A DNA stretch of 64,000 nucleotides from Minisyncoccota bacterium. Lineage in GTDB: Bacteria; Patescibacteriota; Minisyncoccia; JAHIHE01; JAGLIN01. The stretch is taken from assembly GCA_041661265.1 (NCBI GenBank), contig JBAZUT010000003.1, positions 15,191-79,190 of the forward strand, read 5' to 3'. The notes under the pieces were generated by a model. The model was not told where the DNA came from, made no database searches, and worked only from the letters and a program-made list of their open reading frames with translations. A program made the translations under genes and the position numbers. Shown piece by piece: positions 37,495-47,623 of the stretch; position 1 is the stretch's first letter; every line of letters starts with the position of its first letter.

Positions 37495-39780
37495 ATGTAT
37501 CTAAAAAGGATAGAAACATCCGGCTTCAAATCATTTGCAAACAAGACAGATCTTGATTTTCCGAAAGGAGTCACGGGGATCGTAGGCCCGAACGGATCCG
37601 GAAAATCCAATATTGCCGATGCGGTGAAGTGGGTGCTGGGAGAGCAGAGCATGAAAAGTCTCCGAAGCAAGAAAGGAGAAGATGTTATATTCACGGGAAG
37701 CAGTAAGAAGGCGAAAATGAGCGCTGCGTCAGTTTCGCTTTTTCTTGATAATAATGATAAAAAGATCCCTATAGATTATGATGAAGTTGTGCTGACGAGA
37801 AAATTATTCAGAAACGGAGACAGTGAATATCTGATAAACAAGAACAGGGTCAGGCTTTCGGACATTGTCGATCTTCTCGTGAAGTCCGGCGTAAGCCAGA
37901 GAGGTTATTGCGTAATAAATCAGGGTATGGCTGATTCCATTTTGGCGGCATCTCCGACCGAAAGGATGGTTATTTTCGAGGAAGCGACAGGGGTTCGGGC
38001 ATTCCAGATCAAGAAAAACCATACGATAAAGAAACTTGATGCAACGAAAAGAAACATGGTGAGGGTAACCGATCTTCTTGTTGAGATCGAGCCAAGGCTT
38101 GCTTTTCTGAAAAGACAGGCTTCAAGAGCGCTGAAGCGCGGAGAGGTTGAAAAGGAGTTGCGTGATGAACAGAATAGGCTTTATGGCGCTATATGGAAAA
38201 AATTGAACAAAGACAATGAGATATACAGGCAGCAGAAGGATGAAGTTGAGAAGGTGCTCGGTGGAAGCGAGAAAGAGATCGAGGAACTGAAAAAGCAATT
38301 GGAGGCATGTGATGGCAAGGATGTTGATTATAGCGGCGAATTCGAGAAGCTCAGGAATGAAATTGATTCGATACAAGTCACGATGAATGACCTGAGAAAG
38401 CACCTTTCGATGACTGAAGGCAGGATAGAGATCGAGAACGAAAGAAAGGTAAAAATAGAGAATCCCGACTTTCTGCCTATAAATCTGAAATACGTGAAAG
38501 AAAAGCTTACGAATATCATGGGTATTTTCAATAAATTGGCCTCAATTCTTGAGAATTTCGATAACCCCGAGAAGATCAATGAAGCGAGAAAAGAAGGCGC
38601 GGAAATAAAAGCCTTGATAATCGATCTATATGATGAAGTTCAGTCCGGAAAGATAAGCCAGAAGAAGCACGATATTCAATTTGACGACTCGAAGCTGAAG
38701 GAGCTGGAGAAAGAAAAGGGGCATATCGGCGGAAAAATCGAGGATCACCGGAAAAAATATGAAGAGGTCAGGAAGAAGATCGGCGAACTTAGCGACGAGG
38801 AAAAGGAAAAAAGAAAAGCGTTCTATGAATATGAAAGCAGGCTTCGCATCAGACAGGAAGAGATGAACAGATTGAAGGATAATATGAACCGGATAGGGAT
38901 CGAGCTGGCGAAATTCGAGGTCAGAAAAGAGGATCTTACGAATGAAGTGCGGGATGAGCTCGGGACCGCAAACCCTGTTTATGAGAGAATAGAAAAAAAC
39001 ATAATCAATGGAGGATCGGAGCTTGAAAATATAAATATCGATGAATCAAGGCAAAAGGTCAGAAGGTTAAAGGTCCAATTCGAGCAGATCGGAGGCATTG
39101 ATCCGCTTGTAGTGGAGGAATATGAGGAAACGGAAAAACGATTCGAATTTCTGACTGCGCAATCCAAAGATCTTGATCAGGCATCAGAGTCCATGAGGAG
39201 GATCATAGGGGAGCTGGATGAAAAAATAGAAAAACGTTTTAAGAGCTCGTTTAAGAATATCAGCGATGAATTTGACAGATATTTCAAGATAATCTTTTCC
39301 GGTGGAAAGGCGAATTTGTCGATAAGATATGAAGCTGAAAGCGAGGCCGCTGCCGGCGAAGAGGGTTCCGAGGAACAAGAATCAGGCGGTGAAGCTGATG
39401 AAATGGAAAGCGCGGAAAAAAAGCAAAGGATAGCGGGTATTGAAGTGAATGTTGCGCCTCCCGGAAAAAAGATCGCAAGTCTCGATATGCTTTCGGGCGG
39501 TGAAAGGGCGCTGACATCTATAGCTATACTGTTTGCTATCATTGCCAATAATCCGCCGCCATTTTCGGTTTTGGACGAGATAGATGCTGCATTGGATGAG
39601 GCAAATTCCGCGAAGCTATCTACAATAATAAAGGAAGTTTCAAAGAGTACGCAGTTTATTCTGATAACCCACAACCGAGAAATGATGAAGCAGGCCGATA
39701 TACTTTATGGAGTCACTATGCACGATGACGGCGTTTCGAAAATAATATCGATCAAACTCGAGGAAATAAAGGAAAAATAG
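37495..39780 (+). CDS. smc: Short Smc-family chromosome segregation ATPase
   Basis: GPNGSGKSN, LSGGE, LDEIDAALD; 761 aa, no recognisable hinge. Confidence 0.92.
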   Translation: MYLKRIETSGFKSFANKTDLDFPKGVTGIVGPNGSGKSNIADAVKWVLGEQSMKSLRSKKGEDVIFTGSSKKAKMSAASVSLFLDNNDKKIPIDYDEVVLTRKLFRNGDSEYLINKNRVRLSDIVDLLVKSGVSQRGYCVINQGMADSILAASPTERMVIFEEATGVRAFQIKKNHTIKKLDATKRNMVRVTDLLVEIEPRLAFLKRQASRALKRGEVEKELRDEQNRLYGAIWKKLNKDNEIYRQQKDEVEKVLGGSEKEIEELKKQLEACDGKDVDYSGEFEKLRNEIDSIQVTMNDLRKHLSMTEGRIEIENERKVKIENPDFLPINLKYVKEKLTNIMGIFNKLASILENFDNPEKINEARKEGAEIKALIIDLYDEVQSGKISQKKHDIQFDDSKLKELEKEKGHIGGKIEDHRKKYEEVRKKIGELSDEEKEKRKAFYEYESRLRIRQEEMNRLKDNMNRIGIELAKFEVRKEDLTNEVRDELGTANPVYERIEKNIINGGSELENINIDESRQKVRRLKVQFEQIGGIDPLVVEEYEETEKRFEFLTAQSKDLDQASESMRRIIGELDEKIEKRFKSSFKNISDEFDRYFKIIFSGGKANLSIRYEAESEAAAGEEGSEEQESGGEADEMESAEKKQRIAGIEVNVAPPGKKIASLDMLSGGERALTSIAILFAIIANNPPPFSVLDEIDAALDEANSAKLSTIIKEVSKSTQFILITHNREMMKQADILYGVTMHDDGVSKIISIKLEEIKEK

Positions 39781-40131
39781 ATAAGAAAATGATACATTCG
39801 AATATCTTATTATTTGGAGTGAAACGAAAATATATAAATACAAAGAACGGCAGCAACATTTGACAATATAACTATAATGCGTTATTGTGATGTGTTTTGC
39901 GGTGATGCGTTATATTTTATCAAATACGGCGCCTCGTCAGCAGAACGAGCAGTATAATATCAAGCGGTAATGTTTTTTAAGTCCGTAATATTTTCTCTAA
40001 TCCGATAAAATGTTATTGATTTTAAAAATTTCTGAATAAATCGATTCAGAAAGGATCCCGTTCTTTGATACAATACATCAGAAGAAAAACGATTCATGTT
40101 GACCGAAGTCGGTTTTGGGAGGTGAATTGGC

Positions 40132-40782
40132 ATGAAAATTATTCTCGATTTTGATGATGCGATATTTAATATGTATGCGATGATGGCTGAATTCAAAATG
40201 ATATTCCATAGATCAGGATTTACATGTGACGAGTTCGATAAACTCTATAAAATTTGCAAAGAGATGACCGGCGGAAGTTTTGATTCCGAATTGATGGTTG
40301 ATCTGTTTGAAAGAATCAGGCCGTACAACAAAAGATCAGCTCTGGATGAGATAAATTCGATCATACACAGATCAAGGGATTTCGTTTATGCGGATTTCTA
40401 TGAGTTTATTAATTATTTCAGGCAAAACGAACTTATTTTGCTTTCATTCGGCACTACCAGGTTTCAGTACGAAAAGATCAATAATTCCGGTATTGCTGAT
40501 AATTTCGGGAAAAGGATAATAACTGCAAAAGATAAATCCGAGGAAATTGAATTGCTGATGAGCGATCCGCGCGATGATATTGCGTTTTTCATAGACGATA
40601 AAGCGATCGTGATCGATAAGGTAAAAAGACGATTTCCCGAAATTATTGCTATGAAAATAGAGCGACCCCAGGGCGGTCATATCAGCAAAAAATCAATGTG
40701 CGCCGATTACAGGATCCGTGATCTGTATGAAGCGAGGCAAATAATAAATGCAACCATAAGAATAAGCGTTAGTGCAGGTTAA
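40132..40782 (+). CDS. HAD-like hydrolase
   Basis: ILDFDD, LSFG, FIDDK; GGAGGTGA SD. Confidence 0.8.
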   Translation: MKIILDFDDAIFNMYAMMAEFKMIFHRSGFTCDEFDKLYKICKEMTGGSFDSELMVDLFERIRPYNKRSALDEINSIIHRSRDFVYADFYEFINYFRQNELILLSFGTTRFQYEKINNSGIADNFGKRIITAKDKSEEIELLMSDPRDDIAFFIDDKAIVIDKVKRRFPEIIAMKIERPQGGHISKKSMCADYRIRDLYEARQIINATIRISVSAG

Positions 40783-40962
40783 AGACCGATGCGGTCGGGG
40801 GAAACGGCCTTAACGGATTGTTTTTCTTCTTCTTTTTTAACAAGTATTATAGATTGATTTATATATCTGGAAAAATCGAATCAGATGTCGAAATGCTATG
40901 ATAGTTTGACATTATCGTAGAAATGAATTAGTATATAATATGTTAATAAATAACGGTATAAT

Positions 40963-41310
40963 ATGCTGAAAATAAGATTAAACAGGATAGGGAAAAAGAA
41001 CAGGGCTAGCTTCCGGGTTACAGTATCTGATTCGAGAAGGGCTCCGGGAGGAAAATTTATTGAAATTCTGGGTTATTACGATCCGCTCACAAAAGAAAAG
41101 TCATTTAATAAAGAGAGAATACTCTATTGGATGTCAAAAGGCGCTCAAACATCGGCAACCATGAATAATTTTTTTGTAGATGCGGGAATAATAAAAGGCG
41201 AAAAGGTTGTTGTATGGAGGCCAAAAAAGAAAGAGGAAGACAAGGGTAAGACATCGCCGGCGGCTACGGCAGCTCCTGCAGCAAAGCCGAAAGAAGAGGC
41301 CAAGAAATAA
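40963..41310 (+). CDS. rpsP: 30S ribosomal protein S16
   Basis: LKIRLNRIGKK, EILGYYDP, KGAQTS. Confidence 0.97.
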   Translation: MLKIRLNRIGKKNRASFRVTVSDSRRAPGGKFIEILGYYDPLTKEKSFNKERILYWMSKGAQTSATMNNFFVDAGIIKGEKVVVWRPKKKEEDKGKTSPAATAAPAAKPKEEAKK

Positions 41311-41535
41311 ACAAAAAAAGCAACAATAAAAGTGCAATATTGACAAAATCCCGAAATTTGATATAATTATATTACAAAATGTGCAGTTTAATTATAATAA
41401 GCACATATTTCGTCTTTACGAAGCGAATAAAAGGTCGTAAGTTATAAAAAAGCTGCTGTGATTTACAGAAAGAATAATCAGTTAAACAGTGATTCCAAGC
41501 AATTTTGGCTGGAAGCTAATGAAGGAAAAAACAGA

Positions 41536-41853
41536 ATGGAAAAAGATAAAGAGTTTGTTGAATTTGTAGTAAAATCAATCGTCGATCATCCGGAAGATGT
41601 TAGGATCGAAAGATCAGTCGATGAAATGGGAGTGCTGATCACTCTCAATATCAACCCTGAGGATATGGGCCAAGTCATTGGCAGGCAGGGTACTACCGCT
41701 AAGTCAATCAGGAACCTCTTGAGAGTTATCGGAGCAAAGAACAATGCCCGAGTAAATTTCAAGATCGTGGAACCGGAAGGTTCATTGAGATCAAGAGCTC
41801 CAAGAGAGAGAGAAACGAATGTTGACGACGTGGTAAACGATCTCAAATTGTAA
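41536..41853 (+). CDS. khpA: KH-domain RNA-binding protein KhpA
   Basis: IVDHPEDV, DMGQVIGRQG; start moved to MEKDKEF. Confidence 0.92.
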   Translation: MEKDKEFVEFVVKSIVDHPEDVRIERSVDEMGVLITLNINPEDMGQVIGRQGTTAKSIRNLLRVIGAKNNARVNFKIVEPEGSLRSRAPRERETNVDDVVNDLKL

Positions 41854-41996
41854 TTTCTCTGGATTTACAATAAGGAAAAACCGTGCTATTTTCTAAATAG
41901 ACGGTTTTTTGTGTGTATAATGTTTGTAATGAAATATTACAAATCTATTATGAATTGATAATATGAGTATTTATAAGAGAAAAATTTGGAGAAAAT

Positions 41997-43025
41997 GTGA
42001 ATTATTCTGATAAAAAACCAGATATAGATCATGTGAATAATTTCCTGCACAATGATGATAAAAAAGAAAAGCCTGGATTCAGACGTGAAAAGTTTTATTT
42101 TGCAGAAAAATCAACAACAAAATTGCCATCATTGCTTTCTCGGGAAACCATCAAGGAGGAAGTTGATAAAATTGTTAATGAAAAAATAAAATTAACAAAA
42201 CAAGATCTTAAAGAAGAATTTGGAATGGAAGAAACACCAGAAATGATCGAGAACAGAAATAATCTGAAAGATAGGTTGAAGATCAGGCTGATTAAATTTG
42301 CGCAAGAAAGAGGTCTTAATGTAAAAGACCGCTTAGCTGAAAACGATGATATATATTTTCTCAATAAAAAAGGATATGAAGATATCGGCGGAGATATAAA
42401 TGAGCATGGCTGTAATATAGGCAATGATATTTTTGTTCGAGGTGAAAACAATGCAGATGAGAATACGATGCTACAGCACGAGTTAGTTCATTCTGCCTGT
42501 CTCCATAAGTTCTATATAAGCAATAATCCTGTGAAGGAAAATAATAAAACTCACGTAATAAGCTCGGGGTATGCCTCTTGTGTAGGAAATAAATATCTCA
42601 AGTATTTTAATGAAGGACTTACGGAGGTTACGGCGCTACAAATAAGTATGGAAAATAAGGATATATCTTATTCTAAGGGTGGGTATCGACCTCACGTAAT
42701 TCTTATAACGGAGTTAGTTAGGGATGTCGCTGAAAAGTTAAGCGAAAGAGAAAATATGAATATCACACAAAAGGATATTTTAACCCATTTACAAATTGGA
42801 ATGTTTCAAGCAAAAAGGGGTTATTTGGGCATAATTTCGGATATATATGGAAAAGGAGCACTTGAGTCGTTAATGAAAATGGGGATGGAAAAACAGGATG
42901 TGATTGAAGTTTCGAGAATTTTCAAATTATTATCGGCTGAAAAGAAAATTACTGATTATTATAATAACAAAGAAACAAGAATTCATATGGGAGATTCGGA
43001 CATCGTATTTAATTCTGAAGATTAA
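41997..43025 (+). CDS. Hypothetical protein with zincin motif
   Basis: HELVH followed by FNEGLTE; AT-rich. Confidence 0.6.
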   Translation: MNYSDKKPDIDHVNNFLHNDDKKEKPGFRREKFYFAEKSTTKLPSLLSRETIKEEVDKIVNEKIKLTKQDLKEEFGMEETPEMIENRNNLKDRLKIRLIKFAQERGLNVKDRLAENDDIYFLNKKGYEDIGGDINEHGCNIGNDIFVRGENNADENTMLQHELVHSACLHKFYISNNPVKENNKTHVISSGYASCVGNKYLKYFNEGLTEVTALQISMENKDISYSKGGYRPHVILITELVRDVAEKLSERENMNITQKDILTHLQIGMFQAKRGYLGIISDIYGKGALESLMKMGMEKQDVIEVSRIFKLLSAEKKITDYYNNKETRIHMGDSDIVFNSED

Positions 43026-43038
43026 TTTATTTATATAT

Positions 43039-43743
43039 ATGCAATTCGACATTATAACAATTTTTCCGAAGATTTTTGAATCATACTTTAATGAAAGTAT
43101 TTTAGGTAGAGCGCAGAAGAATAAAATGGTAAGGATTGCAATTCATGATCTGAGAGATTTTGCTCACGATAAACACAAAACAGTTGATGATTCGACGTAT
43201 GGCGGGGGAGCCGGAATGGTTCTGAAGATTGAACCTATTTTTGAAATGCTTAAACACTTAAAGATAATAAAAAAAGACGGTACAAGGGTCAAGAGATCTT
43301 CGAATGATACTAAAGTTATCCTAATGTCCGCAAAAGGAGAAATATATAATCAGAAAATAGCCGTTGAAATGTCTAAGATAAAAAGAGTAGTAATTATTTG
43401 CGGAAGATACGAAGGAGTTGATGAAAGGGTGTCGAAATATTTGGTGGATGAAGATATCTCGATCGGAAAATATGTGTTAACGGGCGGCGAGATCCCTGCT
43501 ATGGCATTGGTTGATTCCATTTCTCGATTGATTCCGGGCGTTGTCGGGAATAAAGAATCAATAGAGGATGAATCTTTTTCAAAAGAAGGATATCTTGAAT
43601 ATCCGCAATACACAAGGCCGGAATTGTTCTCTCCGGTAAAGGGCGTGAATTGGAGAGTCCCCGGAGTCTTGCTGTCGGGGGATCATTCAAAGATCAAAGA
43701 GTGGAGAGAAAAAATGTCAGTGAACGGGAACAAAATAAATTAA
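43039..43743 (+). CDS. trmD: tRNA (guanine37-N1)-methyltransferase
   Basis: YGGGAGMV, CGRYEGVDER, SIGKYVLTGGE; start moved to MQFDII. Confidence 0.97.
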   Translation: MQFDIITIFPKIFESYFNESILGRAQKNKMVRIAIHDLRDFAHDKHKTVDDSTYGGGAGMVLKIEPIFEMLKHLKIIKKDGTRVKRSSNDTKVILMSAKGEIYNQKIAVEMSKIKRVVIICGRYEGVDERVSKYLVDEDISIGKYVLTGGEIPAMALVDSISRLIPGVVGNKESIEDESFSKEGYLEYPQYTRPELFSPVKGVNWRVPGVLLSGDHSKIKEWREKMSVNGNKIN

Positions 43744-43747
43744 AAAA

Positions 43748-44512
43748 ATGGAGCGGAACAAGGCGGGCTGTCAAAAGCCGGCCGAGGGAAATATCTATGC
43801 AGGAATCGGGCATTTACTAATGGTTTTTTTGTGCGCATTGATATTGTTCAATCAGCTGCTTATCATAAACATAAAGACGAAGCTTGGGATAGACGGCTAT
43901 TTTTCAAAAATGGTTTATAATGTCATTTATACAAGGACAAATGAAACTCCTGCGGGCAGAGATCTGAAGCTGACGGGAAATATCCAAAAAGATGCGATTG
44001 AGATCGTTATGATTAAAGGACAGCCTGATCTGTATGGGAAAAAATTAAATGTATCTTTTGACAGGGTGCAGGAATCAATAGATATAATGAAAAAATACGA
44101 TCCGAATATTAATATTTTTACTGAGCTGGAATTTGAAAGATATGCCGAAATAACAGGAAAAATATCATGTGAATTTTGCTGTCCGGTAACAGCGTTAACT
44201 TATGCCGATGGAAAACCCACATGCAATTGCGATCATGCCAAGGCAATGAGAGGTCTTGCCGCGCATTTGATCAAGAATTACGGCAATAAATTCAGCGATG
44301 ATGAGATCTTGCGGGAACTTGCAAGATGGAAGGGATTATTCTTTCCGAAACAGATGATAAGTAAACTCATAGGCGAGATCAAAAGCGGAAAATTATCCCC
44401 GGATATCGCTGCGGTTTTAAACGGGATACAATTACCAAAATATGATCTTACCGATCAGAATATGAATAATGGCGAAATGGAAAATGTTCCCGACATGGTT
44501 GGAGGATGTTAA
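43748..44512 (+). CDS. Membrane-anchored Cys-motif protein ending MVGGC
   Basis: TM segment, CEFCC, CNCDH, C-terminal PDMVGGC. Confidence 0.65.
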   Translation: MERNKAGCQKPAEGNIYAGIGHLLMVFLCALILFNQLLIINIKTKLGIDGYFSKMVYNVIYTRTNETPAGRDLKLTGNIQKDAIEIVMIKGQPDLYGKKLNVSFDRVQESIDIMKKYDPNINIFTELEFERYAEITGKISCEFCCPVTALTYADGKPTCNCDHAKAMRGLAAHLIKNYGNKFSDDEILRELARWKGLFFPKQMISKLIGEIKSGKLSPDIAAVLNGIQLPKYDLTDQNMNNGEMENVPDMVGGC

Positions 44513-44529
44513 ATTAATAATATATAAAA

Positions 44530-44742
44530 ATGAACAATATAAATGATAAAGACCGTGCGAGTGAAGAAAATAATACATCCGAGGTAGCAGCAGCCGAGAT
44601 GAATAGGGCAGTACCTTTGTGCGATCGGAGCAACAGATGGCTGATCATTGTTTTGATCATTATCCTGATCATTACGACGTTGCAAATGTCGGAATTATTG
44701 AAAATATTGGATGCTTTGAGAAAAATGAACGGAAATTTGTAA
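44530..44742 (+). CDS. Small single-TM protein
   Basis: One hydrophobic helix; operonic spacing. Confidence 0.6.
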   Translation: MNNINDKDRASEENNTSEVAAAEMNRAVPLCDRSNRWLIIVLIIILIITTLQMSELLKILDALRKMNGNL

Positions 44743-44788
44743 TAATTTCATATAGAGAGCCAATCGCTCAATTGATTAAGAAAATCGG

Positions 44789-45589
44789 ATGAATTGTATG
44801 ATAAAAAAATCTCTTAATGGGAATAGGTTCGAAGTCGCCTTGGCAGCAATCATTGCCATTGTTTCGATTTTCAGTTTATTGACTGTGTTTGAGTCCGACA
44901 AGGCGTTAAATGGCATGCTGACTAAATATCAGGAGAAAAACAGACCGGCAAATCTTGATATTGTTCTGATAAAGGACAATAATTGTCCATATTGTTATGA
45001 TGCAGCCGAACTGATAAGTGAAATAGAGACTGAGAATGTCAATATGGTATCAAGGCACGTTTTGGATTACCGGAGCAATGAAGCAAAGGAGATAATAATG
45101 AAATACCGAATTGAAAAAGTTCCGGCTGTTATAATCAAGGGCGAGATCGATAAGGTCGGTAATTTATACAATAAGTTCAAGGATATCGGCGAGATCATGG
45201 ATGACGTTTTCATCTTTCGAGATGCCATGATGCCTTACGTCGATATCAAGTCCGGAAAATCCGTCGGAAATGTAAAAGTTGTATTGATGACGGCTGATGG
45301 TTGTGCTGATTGCTATAATTACGATAAATATATAGCAGAACTGAAAATACTTGGAATACCGACGTCGAACAGAGAGATAATCGATTATAAGTCGAATTCG
45401 GGGCAGGTCATGGTGAAAGCCAATGCGATCGAAAATGTGCCGACATTCATACTTACAGGAGATCTTGGGCGGTATCCGGCGCTTAAAAAGATACAGGACT
45501 ATGACGATAATATATTCGTCTTAAGGAACGTGATCAAGCCGTATCTGAATATAGGCGACGGAAAGGTTTATACAAAAACGGATCAATAA
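44789..45589 (+). CDS. Exported tandem thioredoxin-fold protein
   Basis: CPYC...KVP and CADC...NVPT repeats after a TM segment. Confidence 0.75.
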   Translation: MNCMIKKSLNGNRFEVALAAIIAIVSIFSLLTVFESDKALNGMLTKYQEKNRPANLDIVLIKDNNCPYCYDAAELISEIETENVNMVSRHVLDYRSNEAKEIIMKYRIEKVPAVIIKGEIDKVGNLYNKFKDIGEIMDDVFIFRDAMMPYVDIKSGKSVGNVKVVLMTADGCADCYNYDKYIAELKILGIPTSNREIIDYKSNSGQVMVKANAIENVPTFILTGDLGRYPALKKIQDYDDNIFVLRNVIKPYLNIGDGKVYTKTDQ

Positions 45590-45629
45590 AAAAAACAGCC
45601 TCGGGCTGTTTTTCGCCGTATGAAATGAT

Positions 45630-47210
45630 TTATTCCGTGGGCAGATTATCCAGTATGCTTCGTCCGGTCATTTCATCCGGTTTTTGAAGTCCCAGAACGG
45701 CAAGAACTGTTGGTGCGACATCGCTAAGCATTCCGCCGACCCGCATATCTATATCATATTTCCGGGGCGTTGCAAATTTATTGTTTTTGCTTATAACAAT
45801 AAAAGGAACCGGATTCGTCGTGTGTTCAGTCATGATTTCGCCGGTTTTGGGATTGAACATTTCTTCAGCATTGCCATGATCCGCAGTGATCAGAAGCGTA
45901 ACATCGTTTCGCATGCAAGCCTCATAAATTCTGCCGAGGCAAATATCAATGATCTCTATGGCCTTTATTGTTTGTTTGAAATTTCCGGTATGACCCACCA
46001 TGTCAGCATTGGCATAATTAAGCAGAATAAAATCAAATCTTCCTGAGTCCATGTCTTTAACAACGGTTTCAGTCAGCGTATCAGCGCTCATTTCCGGCGT
46101 TTGGTCATATGTTGAAACAGAAGGCGATGGTACAAGCGTCCGGTATTCGTTTTCAAATGGCGATTCTTTTCCGCCATTGAAGAAATATGTCACGTGTGCG
46201 TATTTTTCTGTTTCCGCGATCCTTAATTGTCTTAATCCATTATCGCTTATGACCCTTCCAAGCGGGTTTTCTACGATTTCGGGCGGAAAAACGACATTTA
46301 CGGGAAGACCTTTCTCATATTCCATCATTGTGGCAATATATAGGTTTTCAATTTTTGCGCCCCTGTCGAAATTATCGAATTTATCGAGAGCGAATGCTTT
46401 TGTAAGCTGTCTCGCACGATCTTCTCTGATATTGTAATATATAATCGAATCATTTTCCTTTATTGGCGCGTAATTATTGAATTTGTCTGGAAAAATGGCC
46501 GGTTTAATGAATTCATCGGTCACATTCTGGGCATAGCTTTTTTCAAGTGCCAATTTCGGATCCAATTCCTTTATGCCGACCAGGTTTGCCAGGCAATAAT
46601 ATGCCATCTTCGTTCTGTCCCATGTCTGATTACGGTCCATTGCATAATATCTACCCATAATACTTGCAACATGGCCCGGCCAATTTTCTTCTTTAAGATT
46701 CCGCGTAAGTTCGGATAAATATTTCAGTCCTGCTGTTGTTTCAGTATCCCGGCCGTCAGTGAATATGTGTATAAATACTTTTTCGGTAGCAATATTGTGC
46801 ATTTTAAGCATTTCCAATATGGCATAAAGGTGGTCGATGTGGCTATGGACCCCGCCGTCACTAAGCAGTCCCATTACATGAATATTGGAATTATTGTCTA
46901 TTGAATGGGCTATGGCGTTAAGCAGCACGTCGTTGGAATAAAAAGTTTTGTCCTGGATAGACAGCGAGACGCGGGGCAAATTCTGATATAAGGTCTTTCC
47001 TGCGCCAAGTATAAGATGCCCTACTTCAGAATTTCCCATCTTTCCCCAAGGCAGTCCTGCTGCAATTCCAGATGCCTGAAGTATGGTATTGGGATAATAT
47101 TTTATGAATGCGTCCATATTGGGAGTGGATGCATTCAGAATAGCGTTACCGCTTTGTTCGGGGCTGATTCCCCATCCGTCCAATACTACCAACATTGCTT
47201 TCTTGTTCAT
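45630..47210 (-). CDS. gpmI: 2,3-BPG-independent phosphoglycerate mutase
   Basis: LDGWG, MGNSEVGH, AETEKYAHVT, DMVGHTG, TADHGNAE. Confidence 0.97.
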   Translation of the reverse strand: MNKKAMLVVLDGWGISPEQSGNAILNASTPNMDAFIKYYPNTILQASGIAAGLPWGKMGNSEVGHLILGAGKTLYQNLPRVSLSIQDKTFYSNDVLLNAIAHSIDNNSNIHVMGLLSDGGVHSHIDHLYAILEMLKMHNIATEKVFIHIFTDGRDTETTAGLKYLSELTRNLKEENWPGHVASIMGRYYAMDRNQTWDRTKMAYYCLANLVGIKELDPKLALEKSYAQNVTDEFIKPAIFPDKFNNYAPIKENDSIIYYNIREDRARQLTKAFALDKFDNFDRGAKIENLYIATMMEYEKGLPVNVVFPPEIVENPLGRVISDNGLRQLRIAETEKYAHVTYFFNGGKESPFENEYRTLVPSPSVSTYDQTPEMSADTLTETVVKDMDSGRFDFILLNYANADMVGHTGNFKQTIKAIEIIDICLGRIYEACMRNDVTLLITADHGNAEEMFNPKTGEIMTEHTTNPVPFIVISKNNKFATPRKYDIDMRVGGMLSDVAPTVLAVLGLQKPDEMTGRSILDNLPTE

Positions 47211-47336
47211 TTTTGTTTTAAGCTAGATTTTTTATCATTTGACATTTCATATTATATCATTTATTCTATGTTTATACAAGAAAATTCAGCTTTATCAAGA
47301 ACATATATATTTAATTTATGTTATTGGTAATAAATT

Positions 47337-47537
47337 ATGAAAGAATGTCAAAATTGCGGCATGCCCATGGTGAAAAATGAGGATTTCGGGAATAGCGACC
47401 CGAAAAGTGTTTTGTGCAGACTGTGTTTTTCCGATAAAAGTGCGGACGAAGAGAAAAAGGCAAGAGTTCCTGAGAAGGAAATTAAAATAATTGAACTGGT
47501 GGATCTGGACAGGCTGGATAGCGGAGATCTATTTTAA
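47337..47537 (+). CDS. Small zinc-ribbon protein
   Basis: CQNCGMPM...CRLC; terminator at 47554-47576. Confidence 0.7.
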   Translation: MKECQNCGMPMVKNEDFGNSDPKSVLCRLCFSDKSADEEKKARVPEKEIKIIELVDLDRLDSGDLF

Positions 47538-47623
47538 GCTTTCGATAGGCGATAGACCTTATGCAGGTCTTTTTTTGTTGCAAATAATGACGAAAATCGT
47601 TATAATTATAACAATAGAAATAA

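Noticed and set aside
39933-39949. Hairpin CTCGT-CAGCAGA-ACGAG with the same loop as the tRNA-Cys-like RNA
   Set aside because: No acceptor, D or T arm can be built around it; likely chance.
42904-43038. Upstream in-frame starts given for trmD (also khpA, nusA and the U32 gene)
   Set aside because: The extensions overlap neighbouring genes or leaders, and family homology begins at the downstream ATG.
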